Below are positions 55,194-64,000 of a DNA stretch of 64,000 bases, piece after piece. The stretch lies in contig CALVYQ010000002.1 of NCBI GenBank assembly GCA_944372335.1, forward strand, positions 1,159 through 65,158. The letters run 5' to 3'. The notes under the pieces were generated by a model that worked only from the letters and a program-made list of their open reading frames with translations, was not told where the DNA came from and did not search any database. The position numbers and the translations under genes were made by a program. The first letter of the stretch is position 1; each line of letters opens with the position of its first letter. This DNA is from an uncultured Clostridia bacterium. GTDB lineage: Bacteria; Bacillota; Clostridia; Christensenellales; UBA1242.

Positions 55194-56789
55194 TTACCTC
55201 TGTTCTAACTCAAATTTTTTAAAATCAATCTTTCCAAAGTTCGTTCTCGGCATAGCATCAATTATTTCAATAAGACGAGGAACCGAATATTTAATCAAAT
55301 TCTTTTTGCAAAGAGAAAGAATCTCTTTTTTCGCTCTTTCTTCCGCAACTTCCTTATCTTTTAAAGTTATGTAAAGTTTGATGTAAGTCTTTTCATTGTA
55401 GTGATATGGCACTGCACACGCTTCATCAATATATTCAAGTTTTTTAACCAAGTTTTCTATCTCAGAAGGAAAGACATTTATGGCATTTATCTTAATGGAA
55501 CGCTTGCGTCTATCAAGTATGTAAAGATAGCCATCTTCGTCCATATAGCCCATATCACCTGTCTTGACCCACTTTATCCCCTCTTTATGCACAAAGCCGT
55601 TTACTTCGTTTAGATAGCCCTTCATAACAGACGGCGAACCCACCGCAATCTCTCCAATTGTATTTGGCGAAAGTGGATTGTTTTCCTCGTCCCAAATCTC
55701 AATCTTGGTGTAAGGAATAGCTTTGCCACAACTATACGGCCTATAATGTTCAAAGGTATTTGCTGCACACACGCTGGAAACTTCCGTAAGCCCATAGCCT
55801 CTAAACAAGCGTGCTGAACTTTTGTATTTTTTTAGTATTGTGTCGAAGTGTTCCACAAAGGACTCAGTTAAAACGTCGCCACCGCACCATAAGTCTTTCA
55901 GTTTTGCAAGATGTTTGCCGTAGAAATTTTTGTATTCAATCATCTTCTTGAACATGACAGGCACGCCAGCAAAAAAGGTGACATTATACATTTTAATGAT
56001 AGCGTTAAACTTTTTCGGCTTAAAGTTTGGCACAAGAATTAAACTATATTGATTGGTCAAACAGGTATGTACAGACACGCCCAAGCCATAAGCATGAAAT
56101 ATCGGCAAAGCAACGAGCGAATACTCACTGCCACCACCACGGATTTTACGTGTGTACATCTTCTCAAGAGACACACTTAAATCGTTGAGAGCGTTATTTT
56201 GAAGTTCAATAATCTTTGGCTGTCCGCTTGTTCCACCGCTGTGCATGGTGCAGACAACGTCACTGCCTTTCCCCTCCACCTCTGTCAGAGTGGCATTTTT
56301 ATTGTGCTTAATAAGCTTAGAATATTTTATCGCCTTTTTATAGGTTCGACATTTATATATTACAAACAACAAAAAAAGAACCTTCCTCAATATCACATAG
56401 TTTGATATCGAACAATTAATCAAAATTTGATTTAGAGAAGCAAGATCCTTATGATTTCTTATCAAGATATCATAATACATCAAGCCTTTCGATTTTGTCT
56501 GTTTTAAATTTTCTCTCAGTTGGTCGAGTGGCAAAAGAGGGTGAACAATATTTGCCACAACACCAAGTTTCGAGCAAGCATAAAAAGCCACAAGTGCTTG
56601 TGGACAGGTTGGAAGATAGATTGTTAGCACGTCACCCTTTTTAAAGCCCAATTTTTTTAAAGATATAGCAAAATCTTCAATATTTTTCAAAAAAGTTTTC
56701 ATGGATATTTTGTGGTCGTTGAAAATGATATTACCTTTCTTCATATCAACACCCTCTTTTAGCACTTCATAACAGGTTTTATTTTCCAC
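55194..56789 (-). CDS. AMP-dependent synthetase/ligase (acyl-CoA/acyl-AMP forming, ANL superfamily)
   Basis: 531 aa. GTG start behind AAGGAG. Motifs TMHSGGTSGQPK, GYGLTE, TGDMGYMDEDGYLYILDRRKRSIK and a C-terminal GKID. Confidence 0.88.
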   Translation of the reverse strand: MENKTCYEVLKEGVDMKKGNIIFNDHKISMKTFLKNIEDFAISLKKLGFKKGDVLTIYLPTCPQALVAFYACSKLGVVANIVHPLLPLDQLRENLKQTKSKGLMYYDILIRNHKDLASLNQILINCSISNYVILRKVLFLLFVIYKCRTYKKAIKYSKLIKHNKNATLTEVEGKGSDVVCTMHSGGTSGQPKIIELQNNALNDLSVSLEKMYTRKIRGGGSEYSLVALPIFHAYGLGVSVHTCLTNQYSLILVPNFKPKKFNAIIKMYNVTFFAGVPVMFKKMIEYKNFYGKHLAKLKDLWCGGDVLTESFVEHFDTILKKYKSSARLFRGYGLTEVSSVCAANTFEHYRPYSCGKAIPYTKIEIWDEENNPLSPNTIGEIAVGSPSVMKGYLNEVNGFVHKEGIKWVKTGDMGYMDEDGYLYILDRRKRSIKINAINVFPSEIENLVKKLEYIDEACAVPYHYNEKTYIKLYITLKDKEVAEERAKKEILSLCKKNLIKYSVPRLIEIIDAMPRTNFGKIDFKKFELEQR

Positions 56790-57008
56790 AAAAACTCCTT
56801 TGTAACTCTCAATAACATGACTAGTTTAACACATTTTATATAAAATACAAAATGATATTAAAAATTTTTTAAATAATTTTTTAAAATGTATTTTTGCACA
56901 AATTTTTAAAATAAATTTTTTTTGAAATTAAAGAATAAACTTTTTTTCTTTATTTTGTTTTTATGGAGAATTTTGCTATAATTATTTTGAGTTTAAAAGG
57001 AGGTTAAA

Positions 57009-58280
57009 ATGAAACTTACTAAGGAAGAACAGGCTATTCTTTCTGGAAGTGAAGGGCAAACAAAAGCTAAAATTATGCAAACTCTTGTTGAATTTGGCGA
57101 GCTCTTTGGTGCGACTGAATTTGTGCCTGTTTCTACATGCGGACACTTGGTCACTTCGTTTGGTATCGGACTTTTAAAGCCGGTATATCGCATTATGGAC
57201 GAAATAATAGAAGCTGGACTTAAAACGCCGTATCCATTCACAGTTGATCCACGCCCGATTGACTATAAAAATGTTAAATGCAATATCTTGGACAAGCTTA
57301 TCTTTTCAAAAATTATGTATTCAAAACAAAAGCACTATGAGGAGCAACTTTCAAAGATTGGGCTAAAAAACAAAAACGCCTTCACTTGCACCTGCTATCT
57401 TGAAGAAGTTGGCAACACTCCAAAGTATGGAGATATCCTCTCTTGGGCTGAAAGTTCAGCCGTTGTCTTTGCTAATTCTGTGCTTGGGGCAAGATGTAAT
57501 CGTAACAGCGGAATGTTGGATATCTTTGGAGCAATCTTAGGCAAAGTGCCAAAGTTTGGCTTACTTACCGATGACGGAAGAAAGGCTGATTACATAGTGG
57601 AGATAAAAACATCTCATCTACCTGAGGCACAAATACTTGGTTCGGCTATCGGCATGAGAGTTATGGAAAAAGTGCCTTACGTTGTCGGCTTAGACAAATT
57701 TTTAGGTACAGAGCTTAATGATGACACCATATCATATTTAAAAGATTTTGGAGCAGCCACCGCCTCTAATGGTGCAGTAGGGCTATACCATATCGACAAT
57801 CTAACTCCAGAAGCTAAAAAGTATGGCAAAAAGCTATGGCGTGAAAATGCAGAAAAGTATGTGATTGATGATGCGGAGCTTGAAAGAGTATATAAGAGCT
57901 ATCCAATCATGTGGAAGAAAGAAGATGCAAAACCTTCGCTATGCTTCATCGGCTGTCCTCACCTTTCTTTCAGCCAGCTTAAAAATTGGACTGATAAGAT
58001 AGGAGAAAACCTTAAAAAGAGTGGAAGGAAAAAGGTTAAAGTGCGTACAATCATGACTTGTGCCCCAGATGTAGCTGATAAGTTTAAAAAGACGCCTGAT
58101 TACAAAAAGCTTACAAGCTACGGTGTGAAACTATCGTCTATCTGCCCTCTTATGTACACCAACAATCCTATTGCTGGCAGTAAGCCGATAATCACAAACA
58201 GTAATAAACTTAGAACCTACTCAAAGGCAAGATACTATAAAGATGATGATATCGTAAAAATTATTTGCGAGGTGAAATAG
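57009..58280 (+). CDS. Aconitase X catalytic (large) subunit, DUF521
   Basis: 423 aa. MKLTKEEQAILSGSEGQTKAKIMQTLVEFGELFGA is the typical DUF521 N-terminus. RBS AGGAGG. Confidence 0.8.
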   Translation: MKLTKEEQAILSGSEGQTKAKIMQTLVEFGELFGATEFVPVSTCGHLVTSFGIGLLKPVYRIMDEIIEAGLKTPYPFTVDPRPIDYKNVKCNILDKLIFSKIMYSKQKHYEEQLSKIGLKNKNAFTCTCYLEEVGNTPKYGDILSWAESSAVVFANSVLGARCNRNSGMLDIFGAILGKVPKFGLLTDDGRKADYIVEIKTSHLPEAQILGSAIGMRVMEKVPYVVGLDKFLGTELNDDTISYLKDFGAATASNGAVGLYHIDNLTPEAKKYGKKLWRENAEKYVIDDAELERVYKSYPIMWKKEDAKPSLCFIGCPHLSFSQLKNWTDKIGENLKKSGRKKVKVRTIMTCAPDVADKFKKTPDYKKLTSYGVKLSSICPLMYTNNPIAGSKPIITNSNKLRTYSKARYYKDDDIVKIICEVK

Positions 58281-58281
58281 T

Positions 58282-58731
58282 ATGGAAAAGAAAATATTTA
58301 AAGGCAGAGTTATCTGCAAAGGAAACTATGAAGGAGAATGCGTGGTATCCCGACAGGGACTTAACACCCTTGCTACCTTTCAAAAATCCGCCCTTATGAA
58401 CAAGAAAAAAGTTATCGGCTCTGACCAAAATAATCCTGATGTATTTGGAAAAAATTTGACAGGCGTGGCACTTATTCTTCCTCAGACTATTGGCTCGACA
58501 ACTGGCGGACTTGTCATTCAAACAATTTGTCAGATGAAGATAAATCCGTCCGCCCTCTTGTTTAGCGAAGAGATTGACAGCCTTGCAGCAAGCGGTGTAA
58601 TCTTGGCAAAAAACTGGGAAAACTCCGATATAATCGCCATTGATAAACTTGGAAACGACATTCTTTCAGAGATTAAAACGGGAGATAAAATAAAAATAAG
58701 CGAAGACGGAACTGTCGAAGTTATCAAGTAA
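58282..58731 (+). CDS. Aconitase X swivel (small) subunit, DUF126
   Basis: 149 aa immediately after the large subunit (1-nt gap). GRVICKGNYEGECVVS ... LILPQTIGSTTGG resembles DUF126. Confidence 0.75.
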   Translation: MEKKIFKGRVICKGNYEGECVVSRQGLNTLATFQKSALMNKKKVIGSDQNNPDVFGKNLTGVALILPQTIGSTTGGLVIQTICQMKINPSALLFSEEIDSLAASGVILAKNWENSDIIAIDKLGNDILSEIKTGDKIKISEDGTVEVIK

Positions 58732-58799
58732 TTAATTTTTTAAATATCATAAGTTTTGCAATAATATATTAAAATAGAAGCGTTTTATTAGGAGAAATT

Positions 58800-59354
58800 A
58801 TGAAGAAGAATATAAAAACAACAGAAGCAATCTTTCCAATGCCAGTGCTTATGATTGCCACATACAACGAGGACGGCACGGTTGATGTTATGAACGCCGC
58901 TTGGGGAATGATGTATGACAGAAATCAAGTTGTATTAAGTTTAACCGAATCTCATAAGACGGTTAAAAACATTAAAAAGAGAAAAGCGTTTACGGTCAGC
59001 ATAGCAGACACAAAGCATGTTGCTGAGGCGGACTACTTTGGCATAGTTTCAGCCAACACCACAAAAGATAAATTTGAGAAGAGCGGACTTACTGCCACAA
59101 AATCTAAAAATGTCGATGCGCCAATCATAAACGAATTTCCAATTTGCATGGAGTGCGAATTTGTAGAAATAAACGATGCAGGAGTTATTGGAGAAGTCGT
59201 CAATGTTTCTGCCGAGGAAAGTGTGCTTGCTGGTGACAATGTGGATATCTCGAAAGTCAACGCCGTTGCCTTTGACCCATACACGCATGGCTACTACAAA
59301 GTCACCGAAAGAGTTGGCGACGCATGGAAATCAGGCTTGAAGTTTAAGAAATAA
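58800..59354 (+). CDS. Flavin reductase-like (FMN-binding split-barrel) protein
   Basis: 184 aa. PMPVLMIATYNEDGTVDVMNAAWG is typical of the flavin reductase domain family. Confidence 0.78.
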   Translation: MKKNIKTTEAIFPMPVLMIATYNEDGTVDVMNAAWGMMYDRNQVVLSLTESHKTVKNIKKRKAFTVSIADTKHVAEADYFGIVSANTTKDKFEKSGLTATKSKNVDAPIINEFPICMECEFVEINDAGVIGEVVNVSAEESVLAGDNVDISKVNAVAFDPYTHGYYKVTERVGDAWKSGLKFKK

Positions 59355-59381
59355 TATAATTTTAATTTTTATACAAATAAA

Positions 59382-59410
59382 AAAGAACTCTAAGTTTAAG
59401 GGTTCTTTTT
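59382..59410 (+). terminator. Probable terminator after the flavin reductase gene
   Basis: Stem aaagaac / gttcttt with a 13-nt loop, then a T-run. Confidence 0.5.
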
Positions 59411-59433
59411 TATAGATTTAAATTATTTGAAAA

Positions 59434-60015
59434 TTAATTACTTTTACAAATTCTAAGTTCTCTTTTTATATCATAGTTATTTTCAATATATCTTTTCTTT
59501 CTTGTTCCGGGCTGAATATTGTAGGCAAAAAGGGCAATCAAATACAAAACAATGCTACATAAATCACACGCCATATTGACGTAACCTTGGATAGTGAAAT
59601 TATAAGCACACCAAAGAAGAGAGTTTGCGATCAGCGATATTCTAATAAACACCATATTTTTAAATATCAAGCAAAAGGTCAGTATGAACATAGCAACAAC
59701 AAGAAGAATCGTTGTGGCATCTTCCCAAAAAAATATAACAGAGACGGCAAATATTACATTTATCAAACAAAACGGCAAAAAATAGTGCGTGAGCTTTGCT
59801 TTCCTTTCATCTAAAAACATATACCATACCGCCCGTATTAAAAGAAGAATTTGCATGATGGCAGGAAGATAGCTTCCGAGAAAGAAGTATGATAAAGAAT
59901 AAAAGGCTGAACTTATTGCCATAAAAGTTAGAAGTAAATTCTTGTACTTCATCACCTTTCCGACAAGGTCAATTATCATACCAACGCCGACTGAGATTTG
60001 AGATAAAATATACAT
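59434..60015 (-). CDS. Polytopic membrane protein (possibly YgjV-like)
   Basis: 193 aa, 5-6 hydrophobic helices. No obvious RBS. Family assignment is tentative. Confidence 0.5.
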   Translation of the reverse strand: MYILSQISVGVGMIIDLVGKVMKYKNLLLTFMAISSAFYSLSYFFLGSYLPAIMQILLLIRAVWYMFLDERKAKLTHYFLPFCLINVIFAVSVIFFWEDATTILLVVAMFILTFCLIFKNMVFIRISLIANSLLWCAYNFTIQGYVNMACDLCSIVLYLIALFAYNIQPGTRKKRYIENNYDIKRELRICKSN

Positions 60016-60030
60016 AAACTAATTATATAT

Positions 60031-60054
60031 AAAAAATCACACTTTGGCAAGTGT
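60031..60054 (-). terminator. Intrinsic terminator downstream of the interrupted lipoprotein gene
   Basis: Stem acactt / aagtgt, loop tggc, then a 6-U run on the minus strand. Confidence 0.65.
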
Positions 60055-60174
60055 AATTTATTTATATTTTAATATATTATTTTGTCCTAATCACGAAGTA
60101 TCATAAAAAATCTATGTTTAACTAAATTATGCCGACACAATTTACTATTTTTTGAGTCAAAAGAATTTTACATC

Positions 60175-60492
60175 TCATAGTTTAATTATTTTTATACAAA
60201 ATGCACATATTTTATTACCCTCTTCATAATAACCACTAACACATAAATTATATGATATATCGGTAATTGTAAAAGCTTCAATATTTGAAAAATCACAGTC
60301 AAAAAAATAAAGATCATTTGTTTGCAAGAGAGATTTTGCCTTAGAAATAGCTTCTTACTTACTACATATTGTTTTCTGATAACTAATTCTAGATGATGCA
60401 GAATCACATCCAGCAAGAAAAATTAATGGGATAGCCAAAATCACCAATAAAAAGCAAAGTGAAAATATCAATTTCTTTTTAATCTTCCCCAT
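60175..60492 (-). pseudogene. Small lipoprotein gene interrupted by one in-frame TAA
   Basis: Not in the ORF track. RBS AGGAGA, then ATG at 60492: MGKIKKKLIFSLCFLLVILAIPLIFLAGCDSASSRISYQKTICSK. TAA at 60355-60357. The same frame then stays open for 59 more codons (EAISKAKSLLQTNDLYFFDCDF...CAFCIKIIKL) to the TGA at 60175-60177. Confidence 0.55.
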
Positions 60493-60697
60493 TTTAATTC
60501 TCCTTATATTTTAAAATAAAGCCCAAATCAAACCATGCTGTCGATTTAGGCTTAAATTGGCGGCACCAACACTATCCAGATTGAACTAAAAGTTGATGGA
60601 TTTAAAATATTTTTATTTATAAGAAACAAAGATTAAAAATGTTTTGGTAATAAAATGCAAATATAGTATACTGAAATAAATAGTTAGAAAACGGAGA

Positions 60698-61267
60698 TTG
60701 AAAAGATATATGGTTATTAATATTATTAATATTATAGCAATAATTGTTATACCAATAGTTTCAGTTATAATAGGACAATATTTACAAAACAGAAGTGAGA
60801 AGAGAAAAGATAAAATGAGAGTTTTTACTCATTTAATGTCATATAGGTATTTTGGTTATACTGACCAAGTTTCTGTTAATGTATTAAATTCGGTCCCATT
60901 TGTTTTTAATGATAATGAAGATGTAATAGAAAAATATAATATTTACATAAAGTCGTTAAATTGTCGACCAGAAGAAATTGAAATAAAAAGTAAAGAAATT
61001 AATGATAATAAAACGAAAATGTTGGAAGAAATGGCAAAGGCTTTAAAATACAAAAATATTAATTGGGAGATAATACAAAACCCATATCTTCCTGAAGGAC
61101 TGATAAATCAAATACATCAAGAAAATATTTTTAGGCAAGGGCAAGTAGAAATTGCGAAGGCATTAACGCAAAGAACAAATTCATCTGAAGAAAAAATTAG
61201 TATATTAAAAAAAATAGGAGAAGAAATAGAAAATAAAATAAAAAAACAAAAAAGTAATAAAAGGTAA
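60698..61267 (+). CDS. Hypothetical N-terminally anchored protein
   Basis: 189-aa ORF (TTG at 60698 or ATG at 60710). One N-terminal TM helix and a K/E-rich C-terminus. It has its own terminator. Confidence 0.55.
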   Translation: MKRYMVINIINIIAIIVIPIVSVIIGQYLQNRSEKRKDKMRVFTHLMSYRYFGYTDQVSVNVLNSVPFVFNDNEDVIEKYNIYIKSLNCRPEEIEIKSKEINDNKTKMLEEMAKALKYKNINWEIIQNPYLPEGLINQIHQENIFRQGQVEIAKALTQRTNSSEEKISILKKIGEEIENKIKKQKSNKR

Positions 61268-61290
61268 GTTGTTTTCTGACTTACTTTTTT
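61264..61290 (+). terminator. Intrinsic terminator separating the 189-aa gene from hamAB
   Basis: Stem gtaagt / acttac, 9-nt loop, then TTTTTT. Confidence 0.75.
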
Positions 61291-61412
61291 GTTTACAAAA
61301 TTATTAGTTTAAGTGTAAACAATAATATTTTTTATCAAATAAATAGCTTTTATTTATAAAAATATAGAATTTTAATAATTGTGTGGTATAATGATGTAAA
61401 AAAGGAGAAAGA

Positions 61413-62315
61413 ATGATTAATACATCAATAGATAAAGAATTTACTCAATGTTTTGATGAATTATATAATGATACTATAGAAAAAAATAATATAAAGTTTT
61501 TTTGCCCACTTATAGATTCAAATGAATTTGAATATGAATTTATGATTAAAAAGTTATTGCTGTATGCTCCATATTATTGTTTATCACGTGCAACACTTGA
61601 AGAAAATCTCAATCAACATTTGCTTTTGTCTCAATTAACAAGAGATAAATTTAGAGAATTTGACAAAAATGAAGGAGAATTGGCTGAATTTATAGGATAT
61701 AGTTTTTTAGAAAGTGATTTAGGTGCCCCAAAAATAATATCCAAAATGGAACTTAAAACTGATAATAATATGTATTTTAATGGGGCGGATGGTGTTCATT
61801 TTTTAAAAAAAGATTGTGGGTATCAATTAATATTTGTAGAAGCGAAAACGTATGATGATTTATATAACGGTATATGGAACGCTATTGATAGTATTGATAA
61901 ATTTAAAAACAACTCAATAAAAGATGAGAAAGATGGTAAACTAAAAGGAATAAAGTTTGAAAAATCTTTAATTTCAGCTAATATAACAAAAGAGGTGTTT
62001 TCAAAAGAAGATGAACAATTCATAAAGGACATACTATATCCTAAAAGAAATGGAATAGGACCTGTTGATACAGCGTTTTCAGTTATTATACTTTATGAAC
62101 CTCAATTAGATAAAAGTCTAAAAAATTTACCTAATCTTGAGTATAGAGAAAAAGTCCATGAAATTTTAAAGAATCAAATAATTGACCAAACAGAAAATAT
62201 AAAATCTTTAATAAAAAAGCACAATCTTAATGGTCATAATTTTTATTTTTATATAGTGCCTATGGATAACTTATATAATACAAAACATGCTGTTCTTAAA
62301 GAGGTTTTAAGATGA
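61413..62315 (+). CDS. hamA: HamA-like protein (DUF1837-type, D...ExK nuclease-fold motifs) of a Hachiman-type defence system
   Basis: 300 aa. RBS AAGGAGA. GELAEF (aa 88-93), GADGVH (aa 124-129) and FVEAK (aa 141-145). The stop overlaps the helicase start (ATGA). An extended -10 TGgTATAAT lies at 61384-61392. Confidence 0.7.
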   Translation: MINTSIDKEFTQCFDELYNDTIEKNNIKFFCPLIDSNEFEYEFMIKKLLLYAPYYCLSRATLEENLNQHLLLSQLTRDKFREFDKNEGELAEFIGYSFLESDLGAPKIISKMELKTDNNMYFNGADGVHFLKKDCGYQLIFVEAKTYDDLYNGIWNAIDSIDKFKNNSIKDEKDGKLKGIKFEKSLISANITKEVFSKEDEQFIKDILYPKRNGIGPVDTAFSVIILYEPQLDKSLKNLPNLEYREKVHEILKNQIIDQTENIKSLIKKHNLNGHNFYFYIVPMDNLYNTKHAVLKEVLR

Positions 62316-64000
62316 GTTATAATATTATTGAAGATATGGCAAGAGAAGCTCTTAACGACGAGTATTTTATTGAATTATTTACTAAATTGGAAAACAATTT
62401 TTTTAATAAAATTGTTTACAAAAAAAATGAGTGTAAATTGAATGATTTGGAATGTTATGACCTGCTGTCCTTTGCAGATATATTATCATTGTCGATAATA
62501 GATGAAAATAAAAATATTTCCATAAAAATAATTAGCTTACTAAATGTATTTTTCAAAAATAATGCTCTTTATAATTATTATGCTAAGGGGATTATGCTGA
62601 GATTAGGCAATTTCCCAAGTTATGAATTAATATCTAAAAATACAAACATTGTTTGGGGAAAAGAACCTATGGATATTGTTGTCGAAAAGATGTTGAAACA
62701 ATCAAGAAACAAAGACCCAAACAATAGTGAAAAAATATTTACAGATTCTCAACTTGAAGTATACAACAATTTAATAAACAAGAATCATTTCAGTTTTTCT
62801 GGCCCAACTTCTTTTGGAAAATCATTTATATTAAATTCTTTTATAAGTCATATTATCAATTCCAATAATAATGGAATTAATATGGCATATATTGTTCCTA
62901 CTAGAGCTTTGATTTCTCAAAACATTAAGGTTTTAAAGGAAATTATAAAGGATAAACATAATTATATTTTGTTAGAAAGTCCAGATATTCCATCATGTTT
63001 TTTAAACAAAAATAAAAATTTTATTTTTGTTTTTACACCTGAACGTTTGGTTTCATATTTATCAAGCGAAAATAATCCGACTTTAGGTTACATTTTTGTT
63101 GACGAAGCTCAAAAAATGTTGGCTATAGATTCGCGTTCTGCTATATATTATCATGCGTTAAGTATGGCAGAAAGAAAAAGTTGTAAATTATTTTTTTCAT
63201 CACCAAACATTAATAATGCTAATATTTTTTTAAGTATATTTGATAAGTCTGAAGATGAAAGTTTACGTATAACAGAATCTCCAGTTTGTCAAAATAGATG
63301 TTTTATAGATATTGAAAATAGAAAATTGCAATATTTTTCCAATGTGACTGAGCCAAAGGAGTTAGAGTATAATTTGCCAAATAATATAGAAGATATTATA
63401 TTACAAATATCAAATGAAGGAACTTCAGTTAATAAAAGTATTGTTTATTGTAATACAATTGAAGATACTATTAATTTGGCATTAAGTTTTTCTAAGAAAT
63501 GCAAGAGTAAAGATAATGAAAAAATCAATAGTGCTATAAAAGTAATCAAAGAACACATTCATGAAGATTATTTTTTAATAGATTGTATCAAAAACGGAGT
63601 AGCATTTCATTTCGGCAAATTACCACAGAGAATAAGAAATCTTATAGAAACTATGTATATTGAAGGTGATATTGATTATTTATTTTGTACTTCAACATTA
63701 TTAGAAGGAGTAAACTTACCTGCTCAAAATATTTACATATTGAGTAGTAAAATTGGCAATACGCGGTTAACATCTGTTGATTTTTGGAATTTGGCTGGTA
63801 GAGCTGGTCGTTTAGCAAAGGATTTGTATGGAAATGTTTTTTGTATTAGATGGGGGAATATAGATGGTCATTGGAATAAGGAAAAAGATATAGAATTGTT
63901 AAAAAATAAAAAAGTTGAAGATGTTAAATCTCCGTTATTAACAGGTGAATCTAACTTTTATAAAAATGTCAGAGCATCCTTATTGAATAGACCGTTTACT
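62312..64000 (+). CDS. hamB: HamB-like SF2 (DExD/H-type) helicase, 5' partial (runs off the window)
   Basis: My own translation. The frame from the ATG at 62312 stays open for all 563 codons to position 64000. Motif I GPTSFGKS (aa 164-171), motif II VDEAQ (aa 263-267), then TSTLLEGVNLPA and AGRAGR near the window end. Confidence 0.75.
   Translation, partial: MSYNIIEDMAREALNDEYFIELFTKLENNFFNKIVYKKNECKLNDLECYDLLSFADILSLSIIDENKNISIKIISLLNVFFKNNALYNYYAKGIMLRLGNFPSYELISKNTNIVWGKEPMDIVVEKMLKQSRNKDPNNSEKIFTDSQLEVYNNLINKNHFSFSGPTSFGKSFILNSFISHIINSNNNGINMAYIVPTRALISQNIKVLKEIIKDKHNYILLESPDIPSCFLNKNKNFIFVFTPERLVSYLSSENNPTLGYIFVDEAQKMLAIDSRSAIYYHALSMAERKSCKLFFSSPNINNANIFLSIFDKSEDESLRITESPVCQNRCFIDIENRKLQYFSNVTEPKELEYNLPNNIEDIILQISNEGTSVNKSIVYCNTIEDTINLALSFSKKCKSKDNEKINSAIKVIKEHIHEDYFLIDCIKNGVAFHFGKLPQRIRNLIETMYIEGDIDYLFCTSTLLEGVNLPAQNIYILSSKIGNTRLTSVDFWNLAGRAGRLAKDLYGNVFCIRWGNIDGHWNKEKDIELLKNKKVEDVKSPLLTGESNFYKNVRASLLNRPFT

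Noticed and set aside
60192-60416. 74-aa track ORF on the minus strand
   Set aside because: It lies in a different frame from the RBS-preceded lipoprotein start at 60492. The translation is hydrophobic and low-complexity, so the interrupted lipoprotein frame is preferred.
1-64000. Mobile elements, rRNA/tRNA genes or prophage structural genes
   Set aside because: I found no transposase, integrase or recombinase motifs in any long ORF. No intergenic segment is long or GC-rich enough to hold tRNA or rRNA. This cannot be excluded without tRNAscan/Infernal.

Overview
AT-rich, low-GC Firmicutes-type chromosome segment using the standard genetic code (TGA acts as a stop). It is densely coding, and most genes lie on the minus strand. 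Housekeeping genes I recognise: spo0A, a GatB/YqeY-domain gene, cardiolipin synthase, an ABC-F ATPase, an SDR oxidoreductase, glyQS behind a T-box leader, a partial division/cell-wall cluster (rsmH, an ftsL-position gene, a class B PBP), dut, nrdD-nrdG with tandem NrdR-like boxes, deoD, khpB/jag, a cell-wall amidase, and split aconitase-X genes. Most striking is a single uninterrupted 13 kb ORF (9141-22142, minus strand, about 4333 aa). It encodes an N-terminally membrane-anchored giant surface protein, and its stop overlaps the start of cls. Accessory content is concentrated at about 39-42 kb (XRE regulator, AAA_14/DUF4143-type ATPase, a 32-bp tandem repeat array), at 50.5-56.8 kb (divergent XRE pair with three operators, a ferritin-like gene behind five direct repeats, an adenylate-forming ligase plus two paralogous membrane acyltransferase-like genes), and at 60-64 kb. 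The last region is visibly more AT-rich and ends in a HamA (DUF1837-like) / HamB (SF2 helicase) Hachiman-type defence pair; the helicase ORF runs off the window and is missing from the supplied ORF track. Non-coding signals include two clusters of consensus DnaA boxes, several exact sigma-A-type promoters and many intrinsic terminators. I found no rRNA, tRNA, CRISPR array, transposase or integrase. All functional calls rest on motif recognition by eye, with no database search.
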